Of a DNA stretch of 64,000 nucleotides, positions 34,435 to 44,586 are shown piece after piece. The first letter of the stretch is position 1; every line of letters begins with the position of its first letter. The position numbers and the translations under genes are program-made. Below the pieces are notes generated by a model. It was not told the origin of the DNA. It saw only the letters and a program-made list of their open reading frames with translations, and did no database searches. The stretch lies in the NCBI GenBank assembly GCA_945861275.1, contig CAMATZ010000017.1, forward strand, positions 9,753 to 73,752, given 5' to 3'. The DNA is from Bordetella parapertussis (GTDB lineage Bacteria; Pseudomonadota; Gammaproteobacteria; Burkholderiales; SG8-41).

Positions 34435-35664
34435 GTGTCGAACAACAGTGCAGATTATGATTTTCTCGCCGGAGTCCGGGTCGTTGACTTTACCCAGTTC
34501 GAGGCTGGGCCGTCCTGCACTGAAGCCCTCGCCTGGTTGGGCGCAGAGGTGGTAAAAATCGAAAATCCTCGGACCGGCGATCCGGGACGGCGGCTGCGGC
34601 CGGGCCAGCCCGATGACGATCCGTATTATTTCAACGAGTTCAACGCCAACAAGAAGTCGATCACACTGAATTTGAAAGCGCCGGAGGGGTTGGCGCTGGT
34701 CAAGGACCTGCTACGCAAGGCCGACATCGCGGTGGAGAACATGGCGCCCGGCACGATTGAGCGGCTCGGCCTTGGCTATGACGAGGTAAAGAAGATCAAT
34801 CCCGGGATCATTTTTTGCCAAGTCAAGGGGTTTGGCGAGGGCAGCCCGTACGAGACCAACCTCGCATTCGATATGATCGCGCAGGCGATGGGCGGAACCA
34901 TCAGTGTGACCGGCGAGCGCGGGCGACAGCCGGTGAAGCCCGGCCTGTCTCTTGGTGACACCGGGACGGGCATGACGATGGCAATCACTATCCTCGCCGC
35001 GTTGCGCAAACGTGAGAAAACCGGCGAGGGTTGCCGATTGCAGGTGGCGATGCAGGACGCGATGCTGCACTACATGCGCACCAACTTCTCCACCCAGGCG
35101 CGCACCGGCAAGGCGGTCGAGCGCGACGGTACGCGCTCGGGCGGCGGCTCCAATGCGCCCTCCGGGTTGTATCCCTGCGCGCCGGGCGGGATCAATGACT
35201 ATGTTTGGATCATGACCAGCCGCGCGAATCCCGAGCACTGGACGCGGCTGTGCAAGGTAATCGGACGCGAGGATCTGGTCAACGATCCGCGCTTCGCTAC
35301 GCCGGCGTTGCGGGTGAAGAACGACGCTGAACTGGACCCGATCATCAGCGGCTGGGCCAAGGCGCGTACCAAGTATGAGGCGATGAAGTTGGTTGGCGGC
35401 GCGGGCATACCGGCAGGCGCCGTGCTGGATACCATGGAACTGCAGAACGAACCGAGCTTCGAACAACGCGGCATCATGCAGGTGATGGAGCGCAAGGATT
35501 ACCCCGCCTTCAAAATGTCATCCTGGCCGGTGCGGATCAACGGCAAGCCCCCGAAGATAAAGGCGTCCCCGGGTCTCGGCGAGCATACCGCGGATGTGCT
35601 CGCCGGCTGGCTCGGTCTTAGCGCTGATGCAATCGGTAAACTGCAGGCGGATAAAATCGTCTGA
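34435..35664 (+). CDS. CoA-transferase family III (CaiB/BaiF) protein
   Basis: GVRVVDFTQFEAGPSCTEALAWLGAEVVKIE N-terminal signature, conserved Asp region, ~409 aa. Confidence 0.75.
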   Translation: MSNNSADYDFLAGVRVVDFTQFEAGPSCTEALAWLGAEVVKIENPRTGDPGRRLRPGQPDDDPYYFNEFNANKKSITLNLKAPEGLALVKDLLRKADIAVENMAPGTIERLGLGYDEVKKINPGIIFCQVKGFGEGSPYETNLAFDMIAQAMGGTISVTGERGRQPVKPGLSLGDTGTGMTMAITILAALRKREKTGEGCRLQVAMQDAMLHYMRTNFSTQARTGKAVERDGTRSGGGSNAPSGLYPCAPGGINDYVWIMTSRANPEHWTRLCKVIGREDLVNDPRFATPALRVKNDAELDPIISGWAKARTKYEAMKLVGGAGIPAGAVLDTMELQNEPSFEQRGIMQVMERKDYPAFKMSSWPVRINGKPPKIKASPGLGEHTADVLAGWLGLSADAIGKLQADKIV

Positions 35665-35766
35665 GCGAATTCATTCACTACCCTGAATTGACCTGACACG
35701 CCGGCACTACAAAACCGGTAATGGTCAGGTCAGTTCGAAACGTTTACATGTAATCAGCGCTGCGAT

Positions 35767-36723
35767 TTATTTTCCGAGGCGCGCGCCGCTTTCGCCCAGC
35801 ACCCTGGTCCAGTGATCGGTGTCTTTTTTCAGAAACGCGGCGAACTCCGCCGGCGTGGAACCCACGGCTTCGGCGCCTACCGTGAACATGCGCTGTTGCA
35901 GATCCGGGTTCTTCAGCGCTTTGACGAGTTCGGCGTTGATTCTGGCGATGATCTCTGGTGGCGTGCGCAGCGCCACGTTCATCCCGTACCAGCCCAGCAT
36001 TTCGAATCCGGGCAACGTGTCGGCAACCGGTGTCAGACCCGGCGCGAGCCTGGTCGGTTTCTGGTAGGTGACGCCGAGCGGCCGCACTCTGCCGCTGGCG
36101 GTGAATGCCGGCAACGAGGGCACTGCCGGGCAATAGACATGAATATTGCCGCCGATGAGATCGGCAAGCGTGGTTGCGGTATTGGCGTACGGCACGTGGG
36201 TGAGCTTGAGGCCCGCCATGGCGTTCAGTTTTTCGATACACAGATGCGACGATCCCCACTGGCCGCCGGAGCCATACAGCAGTTGGCCGGGCCGCGCCTG
36301 CGCATAGGCGATCCACTCTGCGATGGATTTCACCGGCAGCGCGGCACTCACCACGATCGCAAACGGCGTGGTGCCGACCAGCGTCACCGGCGCGAACTCG
36401 GTTGCCAGCATGTAGCGCTGGTACATCAGCGTGCTGATCAACTGCGTCATGGTGGTCAGGAACATCGTGTGACCGTCGGGCGCCGACCGGGCGAGCATTT
36501 CTGCGGCGATCAGGCCGGTCGCGCCGGGACGGTTGTCGATGACGACATTCTGGCCCCACGATTCAGCGAGCTTAGTCCCCAGCAGGCGTGCAATGACATC
36601 AGGCGCAGAGCCGGGGCCGTTGGCGACGATCATGCGCACCGGGCGGGCGGGGTAGGTTTGGGCAAAACATTGCGTGAAGGAAAGTGCAAACACTGCGCCA
36701 GCGACTATGGCGGACAAACGCAT
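35767..36723 (-). CDS. Bug/TctC-family substrate-binding protein
   Basis: GGAGG RBS before the ATG at 36723. Signal peptide, then YPARPVRMIV and the Bug C-terminal motifs. Confidence 0.75.
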   Translation of the reverse strand: MRLSAIVAGAVFALSFTQCFAQTYPARPVRMIVANGPGSAPDVIARLLGTKLAESWGQNVVIDNRPGATGLIAAEMLARSAPDGHTMFLTTMTQLISTLMYQRYMLATEFAPVTLVGTTPFAIVVSAALPVKSIAEWIAYAQARPGQLLYGSGGQWGSSHLCIEKLNAMAGLKLTHVPYANTATTLADLIGGNIHVYCPAVPSLPAFTASGRVRPLGVTYQKPTRLAPGLTPVADTLPGFEMLGWYGMNVALRTPPEIIARINAELVKALKNPDLQQRMFTVGAEAVGSTPAEFAAFLKKDTDHWTRVLGESGARLGK

Positions 36724-36920
36724 ATCAGACCTCCGGTGAATACGGCGATGGCGTAGAACTGCAAATTCGAGTCGTTCATAAAAACCATTCGATTGCACGG
36801 TCAGTATAGTTTACGCTACCGCATATCGCAATTTGGCCGTTCACTTGCGACGGCAGTGCGATAGCAATTACGGAATGCGAGTAGTATTCATTTTGTAGAA
36901 GAGAACGACCCACGAGCCGA

Positions 36921-38117
36921 ATGAAGGGGGGTAACGACGTGCCAACTCAGCGCCGTATCACCAGTGCTGTTTTCGTGTTAACGCTTGTCGTTGTTGCGTT
37001 CGTTGGGGGTTGTGATAAGCAGGCCGCCCCGGTCGCTACGCAGGAGGAGGGTGTAGAGTTAACGCCGGAGCAGGTGTTTGCTGCGATGTTGAAGAAGGCC
37101 GAAGCTCGCGATGCCGAGGCGCAGCAATTCATTGGATGGTCGTATCTCTATGGTAACGGTGTCGCCAAGGACGCACCCAAGGCCCTGGTATGGCTGGGGA
37201 AGTCTGCATTGCAAGGGAATGCGGAGGCGCAATTCATACTTGGGTGGATGTATGACGAGGCCGCTGGTGTTGCCAAGGACGCGGCCAAGGCAGTGCAGTG
37301 GTATGAAAAAGCTGCCGCGCAGGGGAATGTAAAAGCGCAATTCAATCTTGGTTCGTCCTATTTAAACGGCGATGGTGTGCCCAAGGACGCGGCCAAGGCG
37401 GCGCAGTGGTATGAAAAAGCGGCCGCACAGGGGAATGCAAAGGCGCAATACAATCTGGGCCGGGCCTATTTCTACGGCGATGGCGTGCCCAAGGACGCGG
37501 CCAAGTCTGTCGACTGGTATGAGAAGGCTGCCACACAGGGGAATGCCAATGCGCAATTCAATGTTGGCCGGGCTTATTTCAATGGCGATGGTGTCACCAA
37601 GGACGCGTCCAATGCGGCGCAGTGGTATGAGAAGGCTGCCGCGCAGGGGCATGCCAATGCGCAATACAATCTTGGCTGGTCTTACTTCAACGGTGATGGT
37701 GTGCCCAAGGACGCGGCCAAGGCAGTGCAGTGGTATGAAAAAGCTGCCGCGAAGGGGCATGCCCATGCGCAATTCAATCTTGGCTGGGCCTATTTCACCG
37801 GCGATGGTGCGCCCAAGGACGCGGTCAAGTCTGCCGAGTGGTATCAGAAGGCTGCCGCGCAGGGGAATGCCAATGCGCAAATCAATCTGGGTTGGTCCTA
37901 TTTCAACGGCGATGGCGTGCCGAAGGATACGGTGTTGGCTCACGCATGGTTTAATCTCGCGACTACTGGAGATTCAGAAAGAGCGGTAAAGGCTCGCGCC
38001 AGTGCCGAATCTCAAATATCCAAAGCGGAATTATCCGAATCCCAGCGACTTTCATCCAGTTGGAAGAGGGGGCGGATTCTCGTTCGTGAAGGAAAGCAGG
38101 GCGCCGCAAGCCCATAA
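36921..38117 (+). CDS. Sel1-repeat (TPR-like) lipoprotein with about 9 tandem 36-aa repeats
   Basis: Signal peptide with lipobox-like FVGGC. Repeated AQ.YEKAAAQGNA.AQ.NLG..Y..G.GV.KD units. Confidence 0.7.
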   Translation: MKGGNDVPTQRRITSAVFVLTLVVVAFVGGCDKQAAPVATQEEGVELTPEQVFAAMLKKAEARDAEAQQFIGWSYLYGNGVAKDAPKALVWLGKSALQGNAEAQFILGWMYDEAAGVAKDAAKAVQWYEKAAAQGNVKAQFNLGSSYLNGDGVPKDAAKAAQWYEKAAAQGNAKAQYNLGRAYFYGDGVPKDAAKSVDWYEKAATQGNANAQFNVGRAYFNGDGVTKDASNAAQWYEKAAAQGHANAQYNLGWSYFNGDGVPKDAAKAVQWYEKAAAKGHAHAQFNLGWAYFTGDGAPKDAVKSAEWYQKAAAQGNANAQINLGWSYFNGDGVPKDTVLAHAWFNLATTGDSERAVKARASAESQISKAELSESQRLSSSWKRGRILVREGKQGAASP

Positions 38118-38160
38118 CGCATTACCTGGCGGTGTCCTGAATTTACCTCTTTGATTTATT

Positions 38161-38236
38161 TGGCGCCCCGAAGACGAATCGAACGTCCGACCTGCCCCTT
38201 AGGAGGGGGCTGCTCTATCCACTGAGCTACCGGGGC
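38161..38236 (-). tRNA. tRNA-Arg(CCU)
   Basis: The reverse complement folds canonically: acceptor GCCCCGG/TCGGGGC, D-arm GCTC-AGTGGAT-AGAGC, anticodon arm GCCCC-CTCCTAA-GGGGC, T-arm GGACG-TTCGATT-CGTCT, CCA. Confidence 0.7.
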
Positions 38237-38264
38237 GTGAAGCCTGATTATACAAGCGCCTGCG

Positions 38265-39461
38265 TTACTTCCAGTTCCAGAAATCCTGCCGTTCCTTCAT
38301 CAACGCCTTCGCCAGCACCATTTTGTGCACTTCGGACGCGCCATCGACTAACCGCGCCTGCCGCGCGTAGCGATACATCCATTCCAGCGGTGTGTCCTTT
38401 GAATAGCCACGCGCGCCGTTGAGTTGTATGGCGGTATCCACGGCGTGATGCAACACATCGGCGACGACGATTTTCGCCATCGACACTTCCTTACGCGCGT
38501 AGTCGCCGGCGTCAAGTTTGGCTGCCGCGCGCATCACCAGCATGCGGCCGATTTCGATTTGCATGGCGGCGTCGCCAAGCAGCCATTGCACGCTTTCCTT
38601 GTCGCCGAGTTTGCCGCCGTGGGTCATGCGTGTGTCCACGTAATCGGCAGCGATCTCCATCGCGCGGCGCGCGAGTCCCAGCCAGCGCATGCAGTGTGTG
38701 AGCCGCGCGGTGCCGAGCCGGATCTGTATGAACTTGAGCCCGTCGCCGACGTTCATCACGCGATTTTCATCGGGAATTTCGAGGCCGTCGAATTCGAGTT
38801 CACAGTGGCCGCCGTGTTCTTCCGGCCCCATGATGGGGATGCGGCGCATGATGCGCCAGCCGGGCTGGTCTTTGTGAAACAGGAACGCGGTCAATCCTTT
38901 GCGTGGATCGTCCGAGGTTTTTGCCAGCAGCAGAAAATGTGAGGCCACACCCGCGCCGGTGATGAACCATTTGCGGCCTTTGATAACCCAGTTTTCACCC
39001 TTACGCGTTGCGGTGGTGAGCGTCATGGTTGGATCGGAGCCGCTGCCCGGTGCAGGTTCGGTCATCACGATGGAGGAGCGCACTTTCCCTTCGACGATGG
39101 GCATCATCCAGCGCGCTTTCTGTTCGGGCGTGGCGACTTTGCTCAGTACCATCATGTTGCCGTCGTCGGGCGCGGCGCAGTTGAACACCACCGGGCCGAA
39201 GATCGAGTAGTTCATTTCTTCGTAACACGCGGCCATGCCGACCACTGGCAGGCCCTGACCGCCGGCGGCTTTGGGCATTTGCGGGCACCACAGGCCGGCG
39301 GTTTTCGTCTTGGAGCGCAGTGTTTCGAGTAAATCGAGGCGTATGTTTTCGTGATTGTCGAACGACGCAGGGTCAGCTTCGAGCGGCAGTATGTGCGCGG
39401 CGACAAATGCTTTGTAGCGTGCGCGGTAGCTTTCTATTTCGGGAGACAGGGTGAAGTCCAT
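38265..39461 (-). CDS. acyl-CoA dehydrogenase family protein
   Basis: 398 aa with the ACAD N-terminal, middle beta and C-terminal helical domains. Confidence 0.8.
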   Translation of the reverse strand: MDFTLSPEIESYRARYKAFVAAHILPLEADPASFDNHENIRLDLLETLRSKTKTAGLWCPQMPKAAGGQGLPVVGMAACYEEMNYSIFGPVVFNCAAPDDGNMMVLSKVATPEQKARWMMPIVEGKVRSSIVMTEPAPGSGSDPTMTLTTATRKGENWVIKGRKWFITGAGVASHFLLLAKTSDDPRKGLTAFLFHKDQPGWRIMRRIPIMGPEEHGGHCELEFDGLEIPDENRVMNVGDGLKFIQIRLGTARLTHCMRWLGLARRAMEIAADYVDTRMTHGGKLGDKESVQWLLGDAAMQIEIGRMLVMRAAAKLDAGDYARKEVSMAKIVVADVLHHAVDTAIQLNGARGYSKDTPLEWMYRYARQARLVDGASEVHKMVLAKALMKERQDFWNWK

Positions 39462-39488
39462 GGTGGGTTCCGGTTAGGTCAAAAATGT

Positions 39489-41051
39489 CTATTGGTTTTT
39501 CAAGCTGCGCGCCCGTTCGCGCAACATGAATTTCTGGATTTTTCCGGTTGCGTTCTTGGGCAGTTCACCAAACACAATAATTTTTGGCGCTTTGAAACGC
39601 GCCATGTGTTCATGCGCATAAGCGATCAAGGCCGGCGCAGCGAGTGTTTGCCCGGGCTTGAGGGTGACAAATGCGATCGGCACTTCGCCCCATTTGTCGT
39701 CGGGCGCAGCGACCACGGCGGCTTCCAAAACGGCAGGGTGCGCCGACAGCGTGCGTTCAACCTCCACCGAAGCGATATTTTCGCCGCCGGAGATGATGAT
39801 GTCTTTGGAGCGATCCTTGATTTCGATGTAACCGTCGGTATGCATGACGGCGAGATCGCCAGTGCGAAACCAGCCGTCGGGTGCGGCCATGCGCGTGGCG
39901 TCATCATCGCGATAGTAGCCGAGCATCACGTTGTTGCCGCGCAGCGCGATTTCACCCAGCGTGGCGCCGTCGTTCGGCACATCGCCGCCCTGGGCATTCA
40001 CCACGCGCAGGGATTGCGCCACCACATTGCCTACGCCCTGACGTGCTTTGATCTGTGCTTGCTGCGCGGCGGGCCACTGATCCCAATCCTTGCGCCATTC
40101 GCAGATGACGACGGGACCAAAGGTTTCGGTCAGCCCGTACAGATGCGTCATGTTCATATTGAGTTCAGCCATGCGGGCGAGCAGCGCCGGCGTGGGTGGC
40201 GCGCCACCGGTGGAGACGTTGACGGTGCGCGCGAGCGGCTGCGCGCCTGGGTGCCACGCCAGCATGATGAGTATGGTGGGTGCGGCGTTGAACTGGGTGA
40301 CGCCCGAATCGCGCAAGTGGTTCCAGATCAGCGCCGCATCCGCTTTGCGCAGGCACAGGTGCGTGCCGCCTGCAGCCGTTACCGCCCAGGTGAAACACCA
40401 GCCGTTGCAGTGAAACATCGGCAGCGTCCACAAAAAAACACTGCTTTCATGGAGCGCGCTGTGCATTGCCATCGCCAGCGCCTGCAGGTACGCGCCGCGA
40501 TGGTGGTACATCACGCCTTTGGGTTTGCCGGTGGTGCCGCTGGTGTAATTGATGCTGAGCAGGCTGCGTTCGTCGCTGACCGGTGCAGAGTAGGGCGTGG
40601 CAGCAGCGAGAAAATGCTCATACTGATCATCACCGCCGGCGCGGATCAGTGTGATTTTGTGTTTTGCATTGGCGGCTATGGCGCGTGCGGTATCTTCAAA
40701 TTCAAAATCGTAAATGAGTGTCTGCGCGTCGCTGTGTTCAATGATGTACGTCAGATCAGCCGCGGTGAGCCGCACGTTAAGCGCCACCAGCACCGCGCCC
40801 GCAAACGGTACGCCGTAATGCGCTTCGAGCAACACGTGTGTATTGGGCGCGAGTACCGCCACCCGCTCGCCTGGTCGCACGCCGGCGTTGCACAATGCAC
40901 CCGCAAGGCGCGTGCAGCGTTCATGGAGTTGCGCGTAGGTCCAGCGCTGATCGCCGTCGATCACTGCCGTTTTGCCCGCGAACACCAACGCCGAGCGGTG
41001 CAGAAAAGCCGTCGGCGTGAGGGCTTCGAACGACATTGAGGTGTTAAGCAT
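39489..41051 (-). CDS. AMP-dependent acyl-CoA synthetase/ligase
   Basis: YTSGTTGKPKGV AMP-binding motif. 520 aa. Confidence 0.8.
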   Translation of the reverse strand: MLNTSMSFEALTPTAFLHRSALVFAGKTAVIDGDQRWTYAQLHERCTRLAGALCNAGVRPGERVAVLAPNTHVLLEAHYGVPFAGAVLVALNVRLTAADLTYIIEHSDAQTLIYDFEFEDTARAIAANAKHKITLIRAGGDDQYEHFLAAATPYSAPVSDERSLLSINYTSGTTGKPKGVMYHHRGAYLQALAMAMHSALHESSVFLWTLPMFHCNGWCFTWAVTAAGGTHLCLRKADAALIWNHLRDSGVTQFNAAPTILIMLAWHPGAQPLARTVNVSTGGAPPTPALLARMAELNMNMTHLYGLTETFGPVVICEWRKDWDQWPAAQQAQIKARQGVGNVVAQSLRVVNAQGGDVPNDGATLGEIALRGNNVMLGYYRDDDATRMAAPDGWFRTGDLAVMHTDGYIEIKDRSKDIIISGGENIASVEVERTLSAHPAVLEAAVVAAPDDKWGEVPIAFVTLKPGQTLAAPALIAYAHEHMARFKAPKIIVFGELPKNATGKIQKFMLRERARSLKNQ

Positions 41052-41083
41052 AAGCTATTGTTTTAAAAGGTATTATTGTAATT

Positions 41084-41461
41084 TCATTGAGTTTCTTGCA
41101 GACCCTTGGGATAAGCGGCGGCGAGTTTAGCGCGGGCTGTGGTGAGCAGATGCAGCCGCAGCCGCGCTTCCTGATCGGTGTTGCTTTCAAATTTGCCATG
41201 ACGAATGTCCAGCGCCAATTGGCGGTTGCATGCATGCAATGCGGCGGCATTTTGCGCTTCGTTATAAAGCAAGTTGAGGCCGCGCATTTCTTCGCCTGTA
41301 TTTTTGTCGTGTGATTCGAGTTCGCGCGCGGCGATGCCGAGCGCATTGGCGATCATGCGCAGGGTGTAGCGTTGCTCCGGCTGTGCGCCGGGCAGTATCT
41401 CCTGCGCCAGTGTTTGATCGGCAATACGGATCAACTCCAGCGCGTTGGGTCTGTCGTTCAT
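41084..41461 (-). CDS. small conserved protein commonly found between ACAD-associated APH-like kinase and acyl-CoA ligase genes (DUF6285-like assignment tentative)
   Basis: 125 aa from MNDRPN.... Start overlaps the upstream APH-like gene stop (ATGA). Confidence 0.4.
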   Translation of the reverse strand: MNDRPNALELIRIADQTLAQEILPGAQPEQRYTLRMIANALGIAARELESHDKNTGEEMRGLNLLYNEAQNAAALHACNRQLALDIRHGKFESNTDQEARLRLHLLTTARAKLAAAYPKGLQETQ

Positions 41462-42528
41462 GGTGATTCGCCAAGTGAGTCCGTCAGTTGCAGGATTTCC
41501 CATTCCAGCTCGGCGACGATTTTACCGGTGAGCGCCAGTTCCAGTGACGGCTCGATGCCGGATAAATGCCGCTGCGTCTGCTGTAGTGCGATGATAGACC
41601 AGCGGATGTGCGCCATCACCTGCCAGTAGCGCAGCGCCGCGGCGGGCACTTTGCGTCCGCTGGCGGCCTCGTAGGCCGGTATGAAATCATCGAGATCGGC
41701 CACACCACCGACGATGTGGTGTTGATGTCGGAAGCACCAGCACTTGGCGCAAATCCAGCCGATGTCCTCGAGCGGGTTGCCGAGTGCCGCGAATTCCCAA
41801 TCGAGCAAGCCGGCAAGCTTGCCCTCATGCACCAGATAGTTGCCGGTGCGAAAATCACGATGCACGAAAGTGGTTTCTTCCTGCGCAGGCGTGTGGCGTT
41901 CGCACCAGCGTAAGCCCCATTCCAGCACCGGATGCGGTTCGTCCAGTGAGTCGAGATACGCGCGGCAGGCACGGATGACATCGCGCGCGAGAAAGGTCTT
42001 CAGGAAAGGCAGTGCACTGAGCGGCGGGCGTATGGCGTGGATGCGCGCGGCGGCCTGTGCCAGTTCGTGCGCCAGCGCGCGGCGGTCGATAGCGAGCCGC
42101 ACCACCTGGTGTCCGGCCGCGATGCCGGGCAGCTTTTCCATGATAAAAAAAGGCCGCTCAATAACCGCGGAGTTGTCGCACAGGAAAAGTGGCCGTGGCG
42201 CGAGCAGGCCGTTCGCGTGTGCGAAACGGATGATGGCGAACTCGTGCGCGCGCGGCAGACTTGAGGCGACGGTAGCAGGCGCGTCGGTGCGCAGCACCCA
42301 CGTATGCGTGCCGGCATACGGGCCGCCGGAAATAGCAACGTTGAGTTCCCAGTTTTGTTGAATGGCGCCGCCGGATAACAGGTTTAGTGCAGCTACGTTT
42401 ACCGTGCGTGCGGCGCAGGCATCGTGCAAAAAACGCTCAATAGCATGTTGCGCTGGCTGGGTGTGTGGGCGCGTGGCGTTAGACATCTTAAAGGGAGGCA
42501 AATCTGCCGAAAAATTCTCCCCTGTCAT
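41458..42528 (-). CDS. phosphotransferase (APH/aminoglycoside phosphotransferase-like kinase) family protein
   Basis: HRDFRTGN catalytic loop and DWE motif (LLDWEFAALGNPLEDI). Confidence 0.7.
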   Translation of the reverse strand: MTGENFSADLPPFKMSNATRPHTQPAQHAIERFLHDACAARTVNVAALNLLSGGAIQQNWELNVAISGGPYAGTHTWVLRTDAPATVASSLPRAHEFAIIRFAHANGLLAPRPLFLCDNSAVIERPFFIMEKLPGIAAGHQVVRLAIDRRALAHELAQAAARIHAIRPPLSALPFLKTFLARDVIRACRAYLDSLDEPHPVLEWGLRWCERHTPAQEETTFVHRDFRTGNYLVHEGKLAGLLDWEFAALGNPLEDIGWICAKCWCFRHQHHIVGGVADLDDFIPAYEAASGRKVPAAALRYWQVMAHIRWSIIALQQTQRHLSGIEPSLELALTGKIVAELEWEILQLTDSLGESP

Positions 42529-42744
42529 TCCCGCGCAGGCGGGAATCCATGCGATGTGCCATAGGGCACCGTGTTATGGATTTGCGCCTGCGCGGGAACG
42601 ACAGGAGTGGGGTTGGGTCATACGGTACACAAACCGTCCGAACTTTCAAGTTCAGGCGGCAAGCCTATTCTCCTCGTATCAGCAACAACCTACAACCATC
42701 GCCAGTGCTATGATTGCAGGCAGCACAAACCGATGGGGGTTTTC

Positions 42745-43122
42745 ATGATCAAGGATTTCGATCACGTGGTGCTGACCACCGCTGATCTGGACAAGTGTCT
42801 CGACTTTTACACGCGCGTGCTGGGCATGCGGGTGGAACGTTTCGGCGCCGGGCGCATTGCGCTGCGCTTTGGGGAGCGCAAGTTCAACGTGCATCCACCG
42901 GGTTTTGAGGCCGGGTTAAAGGCGCATAAGCCGACACCCGGTTCGCTGGATTTTTGTTTTCTTGCCGACAAACCGATCACCGAAGTGATCGCGCATCTGA
43001 AAGCCTGCAACGTCACCATCATCGACGGCCCCGGCAAACGCACCGGCGCGCGTTTTGATCTGCGTTCGGTGTATGTGCGCGATCCTGACCAGAATCTGGT
43101 TGAAATTTCCGAGCCGTATTGA
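42745..43122 (+). CDS. VOC family (glyoxalase/bleomycin-resistance fold) protein
   Basis: 125 aa; MIKDFDHVVLTTADLDKCLDFYTRVLGM is a typical VOC N-terminus. Confidence 0.65.
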   Translation: MIKDFDHVVLTTADLDKCLDFYTRVLGMRVERFGAGRIALRFGERKFNVHPPGFEAGLKAHKPTPGSLDFCFLADKPITEVIAHLKACNVTIIDGPGKRTGARFDLRSVYVRDPDQNLVEISEPY

Positions 43123-43973
43123 CGCCTGACCTTGCTATGACACTCGCACGCACCTGGCAGGAAATTGTTGAGGCGCCGCGCGCGCAACTGAACCTTGCCC
43201 ACGCCGCGCTGGTGATTGCCGCCGACGAATATCCGCAACTCGATGTCGCGGCGTATCTGGCGCGCATCGACGAACTGGCGGCGAATTTTCGCAAGCGTTT
43301 GCGCGAGGACATCACGCCCGCGGAAACCCTGGCGTTGCTGAATCATTATATGTTCGAGGAGCTCGGTTTCGCGGGTAACAGTGACGATTATTACGATCCG
43401 CGCAACAGCTATTTGAACGAGGTGCTGGAGCGCAAGCTCGGCATACCGATCACGCTGTCGCTGTTGTATATCGAAGTAGGCCGCCGTCTGAGCCTGCCGT
43501 TAAGCGGGGTATCGTTTCCGGGACACTTTTTGATCAAGTGCGCGTTGCGCGACGGCGCGGTAATTCTCGATGCCTATGCCAAGGGCGCGTCACTCGGCAT
43601 CAAGGATTTGCAAAAGCGTTTGCGGGTACTGAGCGGCGGCCGCGACGTCGCGCCGGAAGCGGTGATGCGCCTGCTGACTGCCGCGCCGCCCACCGAGATA
43701 CTCGCGCGCCTGTTGCGCAACCTGAAGGCGAATTATTATGAGCGCGGCGACAAAATGCGCGCGCTGACGGCGCTGCACCGCGTGCTGGATCTGTGCCCCG
43801 GCGCGACGGATGCGGTTCGCGAGCGTGCGCGGCTGCATGAAGAGCTGGAATGTTTTCGCGCGGCACTGCTGGATTATGAAAATTATTTGCAGCTGGCGCC
43901 GCAGGCGAGTGATGCGTCCGCGGTGCGCGAGAAAATCGTGCTGTTGCGCGAGCGCGCGTCGCGGCTGAATTGA
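43119..43973 (+). CDS. SirB1/YchA-like transglutaminase-like TPR protein
   Basis: 284 aa. N-terminal domain resembles the SirB1 N-terminal family and the C-terminal part is TPR-like. Assignment made from memory. Confidence 0.45.
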   Translation: MTPDLAMTLARTWQEIVEAPRAQLNLAHAALVIAADEYPQLDVAAYLARIDELAANFRKRLREDITPAETLALLNHYMFEELGFAGNSDDYYDPRNSYLNEVLERKLGIPITLSLLYIEVGRRLSLPLSGVSFPGHFLIKCALRDGAVILDAYAKGASLGIKDLQKRLRVLSGGRDVAPEAVMRLLTAAPPTEILARLLRNLKANYYERGDKMRALTALHRVLDLCPGATDAVRERARLHEELECFRAALLDYENYLQLAPQASDASAVREKIVLLRERASRLN

Positions 43974-44116
43974 GTGTTTTACGCAATGTTTGAATAAACC
44001 GATGGTGCAATTTATTGGTTGCGTGATGAGACGCCGGTTACCGTGCTCATGTATGCTATAAAGCACCATTCGCGCGACGCGCGATGGCATCAATCCGGCA
44101 ACAAGAAAGCGGGGAA

Positions 44117-44548
44117 ATGATGGAACCTTATGTGTGGTGGGCGGTGGCCGGTATCGGGCTGATCATTGTGGAAATGATGTCGGGCACGCTGATCCTGCTG
44201 GTGCTGGGGCTGGCGGCATTTGCCGGCGCCGCGGTAGCGTGGTTCGGACGTGAATTCTGGGAGCAGGCGCTGGCCGCAGTGGTGCTGGCGGCTGTGGGCA
44301 TGATTGTGGCGAGCACACTGAAAAAGAAAAAAGTCGCCGGTGACAAAGATCATAATTCGCTGGACATCGGGCACACCGTGATACTGGAGTCCTGGGTGAG
44401 CGAGCCTGACGGTGTCGCCAAAGTGCGTTATCGCAACGCCACCTGGGATGCCAAGGTTACCGGCACGCGTACCCCCGGCGGTACGGTGTTTTATATAGCC
44501 GCGATGGATGGCAGCACGCTGCATATTTCGAGTAACAAACCACAGTGA
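44117..44548 (+). CDS. NfeD-family membrane protein (short form)
   Basis: Two N-terminal TM helices plus a C-terminal OB-fold-like domain. Immediately upstream of an SPFH gene, the classic pairing. Confidence 0.6.
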   Translation: MMEPYVWWAVAGIGLIIVEMMSGTLILLVLGLAAFAGAAVAWFGREFWEQALAAVVLAAVGMIVASTLKKKKVAGDKDHNSLDIGHTVILESWVSEPDGVAKVRYRNATWDAKVTGTRTPGGTVFYIAAMDGSTLHISSNKPQ

Positions 44549-44586
44549 CGCTATCACTCTAATCAATCTACAACCGGGAGACGATC

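Noticed and set aside
37059-37989. Several long ORFs on both strands (e.g. 37362-37943 minus, 37372-37989 plus) overlapping the Sel1-repeat gene
   Set aside because: They are frame artefacts of the nine near-identical 108-bp repeats. The sense-frame product has clear Sel1 motifs and a lipoprotein signal, and the others have none.
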